Shown here: piece after piece, positions 60,665-64,000 of the stretch
Layout of the letters: each line of letters starts with the position of its first letter
Numbering within the stretch: position 1 is the first letter of the stretch
Assembly (NCBI GenBank): GCA_964016885.1
Contig: OZ024751.1
Span: 21,080,001 to 21,144,000 of the forward strand
Direction of reading: 5' to 3'
From: Eledone cirrhosa
Taxonomy: Eukaryota
DNA: 64,000 nt
The notes under the pieces: model-generated
The model's input: only the letters and a program-made list of their open reading frames with translations
Told to the model about the DNA's origin: nothing
Databases searched by the model: none
Position numbers and translations under genes: made by a program

Positions 60665-61052
60665 TATATTTATAAAACCATATTTATTCTTTTCAAATCC
60701 CGCCGAGGTTAACTTTGCCTTTCATTCTTGCGGGGTCGATAAAATAAAGTACCAGTAATGTACAGAGTAATTGGTGGCCTTGTGCCTAAAAATAGAAACA
60801 ATTATATATATTTCAAGGGTACCAACACTTTGATACGCTATCATCAGATAAGATACAAAGTTTGTTTTATAAATATTGACATATCCAGGAACGAGATCTT
60901 GACGGTTCAAGTTTTTCTTTTTTTCTTTATTGTTTTGTCATTTAAAAGTTTCTTCTTTCCTTTAGAGTTTGTTCACACATCACAATCTGTATATATATAT
61001 ATATATGAAATAAATATGGTTTTATAAATATAGTTTCCATTTGTTTAATATC

Positions 61053-61053
<1 letters not shown>
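60665..61053. mobile_element. Older PLE terminal-repeat remnant (right part; left part at 48521-48575), interrupted by a SINE fragment at about 60692-60803
   Basis: Closely resembles 32036-32424 (atttcaagggtaccaaca...tacgctatcatcagata, hammerhead core on minus strand). Inverted short arm at about 61000-61053. 48521-48560 resembles 32036-32078. Confidence 0.75.
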
Positions 61054-61081
<28 letters not shown>

Positions 61082-61085
<4 letters not shown>

Positions 61086-61241
61086 AACCAGTAAGACCCC
61101 GACAGCTGAGCTCAAGCCGTTTCGACGGCTAATTCCGTCGAAACGGCTTGAGCTCAGCTGTCGGGGTCTTACTGGTTCCTATTACCCACTCTACTACCTC
61201 AAGTAGTATGGTCCACCTGGTTCCTTACCACATTTCCTTCG

Positions 61242-61244
<3 letters not shown>
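61082..61244. mobile_element. F1 asymmetric hairpin element (internal deletion)
   Basis: Same family; centre about 61135. Confidence 0.8.
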
Positions 61245-61288
<44 letters not shown>

Positions 61289-61306
61289 TGTAAGTTTGAA
61301 GAATTA

Positions 61307-61353
<47 letters not shown>

Positions 61354-61410
61354 TATATATATATATACATACAGTGCTCTACCACTACGGAAATTACCTT
61401 CCAGTGTTCT

Positions 61411-61456
<46 letters not shown>

Positions 61457-61458
61457 AT

Positions 61459-61577
<119 letters not shown>

Positions 61578-61591
61578 TATAGATAGATTTA

Positions 61592-61687
61592 CAGGGTGTC
61601 CCAAAGAAATGTATAGGCACTTTGATTACCTGTACAGGCAATATTTATTGGAACGCTCTTGAAGTGTGTATACATTTTTGGGACACC

Positions 61688-61690
<3 letters not shown>
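61592..61690. mobile_element. Short Tc1/mariner-type MITE
   Basis: TA-CAGGGTGTCCCAAA...TTTGGGACACCCTG-TA; shares internal cctgtacaggcaatatttatt with 12067-12149. Confidence 0.75.
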
Positions 61691-61738
<48 letters not shown>

Positions 61739-61886
61739 TGAAATCGAAAATGCAACTGGAGTCTTATTTAAAAAAATATATATATATTTATTTGGTTCCT
61801 TTAAAAATAAGACTCCAGTTGCATTTTCGATTTCATCTTTTTTTCTTTATACTTTAATTTGTAAAAAAAACCTCACTTTCTAATAT

Positions 61887-61917
<31 letters not shown>

Positions 61918-62704
61918 CATATATATATGTATATATATGTGTGTGTAATATTAACGATACTACTTATAGTTATGTATATATTATACTATATACACCTATA
62001 AACAGGTAAGGTCAGTAAACCTTATTACTACCTTATTACCAGTAAGATAAACAGCTCAATGAAACAATTGTCAGCAATTAAATGTTCTATCATGTCTGTG
62101 TATATGTATATAGATATATATAGATATATTGCGCTCTCTCTCTCTCTCTCTCTCTCCAACACGATTGTTACTCTAAACCTTGGAACACTAATAATTACTC
62201 TGGCGGCGTCTTCTTTCAAATTCATATATTTATTTATTTATTTATATCTATTTATATATTTGTATATATTTCTGTTTTATATATCTTTGTTGTTTTACTT
62301 TTATAAAGCCTAGGGATGAACAAAAACAATGTAAAAATGCTCTCACACACACACTGACACTATATATATATATATATAAAGTATATATATATATATAAAA
62401 TATATATATATATATATATAAAATATATATATATATAGTGAAGAATTGTTTCATTGATCAATGAAACAATTGTCAATACCTGAAATAAAGTCCCTTGTTG
62501 TACAGCCAACCATGTTACGCTTCATTCTTTCACACCAAGTATAACCTACATAGGAATTACCGTGAACTCGCTGCCTAACTATGGAAACATCTTGTTGAGT
62601 CAAACAAAGCCGTACGTTAAAACTATCCACGACGCAGAGTACTCACAACCTCTAACTGGATTACCTTAAACGATAACTTGTTATCCCATACATATATATA
62701 TATA

Positions 62705-62928
62705 TAACGGAAGAAATGTGGTAAGGAACCAGGTGGACCATAACGCACCAAAGTACTCAATACTTAGGGTAGTAGAGTGGGTAATAGGAACGAGTAGGAC
62801 CCCGACGGCTGAGCTCAAGCCGTTTCGACGGCTAATTCTGGACTAAAAAAAAAAAAATTTTTTTTTTTTTTTAGTCCAGAATTAGCCGTCGAAACGGCTT
62901 GAGCTCAGCCGTCGGGGTCCTACTCGTT

Positions 62929-62932
<4 letters not shown>
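62705..62932. mobile_element. F1 asymmetric hairpin element with A13/T15 centre
   Basis: ctggact-A13-T15-agtccag at 62838-62879. Confidence 0.85.
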
Positions 62933-62978
<46 letters not shown>

Positions 62979-64000
62979 CAGATAGATATTTATATCGGGA
63001 TTTACTAGAATAGACTAATAATACCATGTTCAGCTAAGTACTTGATACTTGAGAAATTTGAGTGTGTTTAATGGAAATATATATATATATATAATAGTAG
63101 TAATAATAATAATAATGGGGGTAGGGGAAAGTCGATTATATCGATCCCAGTGCGGAGTTCGATCCTGGTCGGGATGTAGAGTTCCTGGTAAACCTTTTCA
63201 GTTTTCTATGGGATGTAAACTAAAAAAAGATTAGATGTATTTCTTGACCGGGATTGAACCCACGACGTGTATCTCTACCGTCTCTAGTACCTACCGCTAG
63301 GTGACTTAGACGGCTACGAAAATCTACTGAAAATTCATACTTATAAATCTACTTTCAAATAGATAGAAACGGCCGGAGCTCAGCCGTCGGGGTCCTGACT
63401 CTTTTCCTATATATATATATATATATATAGTTGTGCTATGGTGCTTCCATAGGCGGTATGCCAAAATTAGCACTCGATATTCAGCAGAGTAGAGTGTAGA
63501 TAGTATAAAGAAAACAAAAAATCAGTGATGCATCTGGACTTAATTTATTGCGTGTTACAAATGTTTCGCGTCATGGTCCTTGTATGGATCTGGCTGATTC
63601 TACTTTTGCAGGTCCTTTCGTTTGGAGCAAATTTTATCACTGGGGTGTTATCATAAAAAAACCCTACTTCCACTCTTGTCATGCCATTGGGTGTTTTTAC
63701 TCCACGTCATCACAAGTTCTGGCCAGTATTTACTGCCACACGGGTCATCAGCCATTTTCCGTCCGACACATTTCGATGGAGTCATGCTGGGTTCAGTATC
63801 TCACACGTCAGTTCACACTTCAGAGTAAGCACCCACACATAGTAATATACACACACATGTACACACACATGCAGACACAGACAGATTTATGCATACACAC
63901 ACGTACGCTTACATGCGCAGACACACACACACTCCCACATACATACATATATGTATATATACACACACACTCTCTCCCTCACTTCCACGGACCCACACTT

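Noticed and set aside
63240-63320. tRNA gene on the minus strand (B-box-like gggttcaatccc)
   Set aside because: No convincing acceptor or anticodon stems; probably a repeat-derived tRNA-like fragment.

Overview
Eukaryotic, AT-rich, microsatellite-saturated DNA. The dominant tRNA-derived SINE and the repeat landscape suggest an octopod cephalopod (inference from recalled repeat families, not a search). No host protein-coding gene can be supported; almost all listed ORFs are artefacts of simple repeats. The main feature is a very young 12.1-kb composite insertion (48576-60664) of a Penelope-like retroelement (PLE; RT plus C-terminal GIY-YIG, Naiad-like). It has two oppositely oriented, partially tandem arms with a 3970-bp period, two intact 737-aa ORFs, one truncated ORF and four predicted minimal type I hammerhead ribozymes. 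It is bounded by a 14-bp duplication and sits inside an older relative of its own terminal repeat. Around it are many short asymmetric fold-back insertions in (TA)n tracts. Several carry whole or partial hammerhead cores and a shared 3' motif. A near-perfect non-coding 615-bp x 7.3 tandem array is homologous to one of these fold-back elements and is a retrozyme-like candidate. Also present: about 30 SINE copies, RTE and CRE-like LINE fragments, a decayed mariner, two small MITEs and a 45-bp minisatellite. All alignments and RNA folds were done by eye, so boundaries are approximate.
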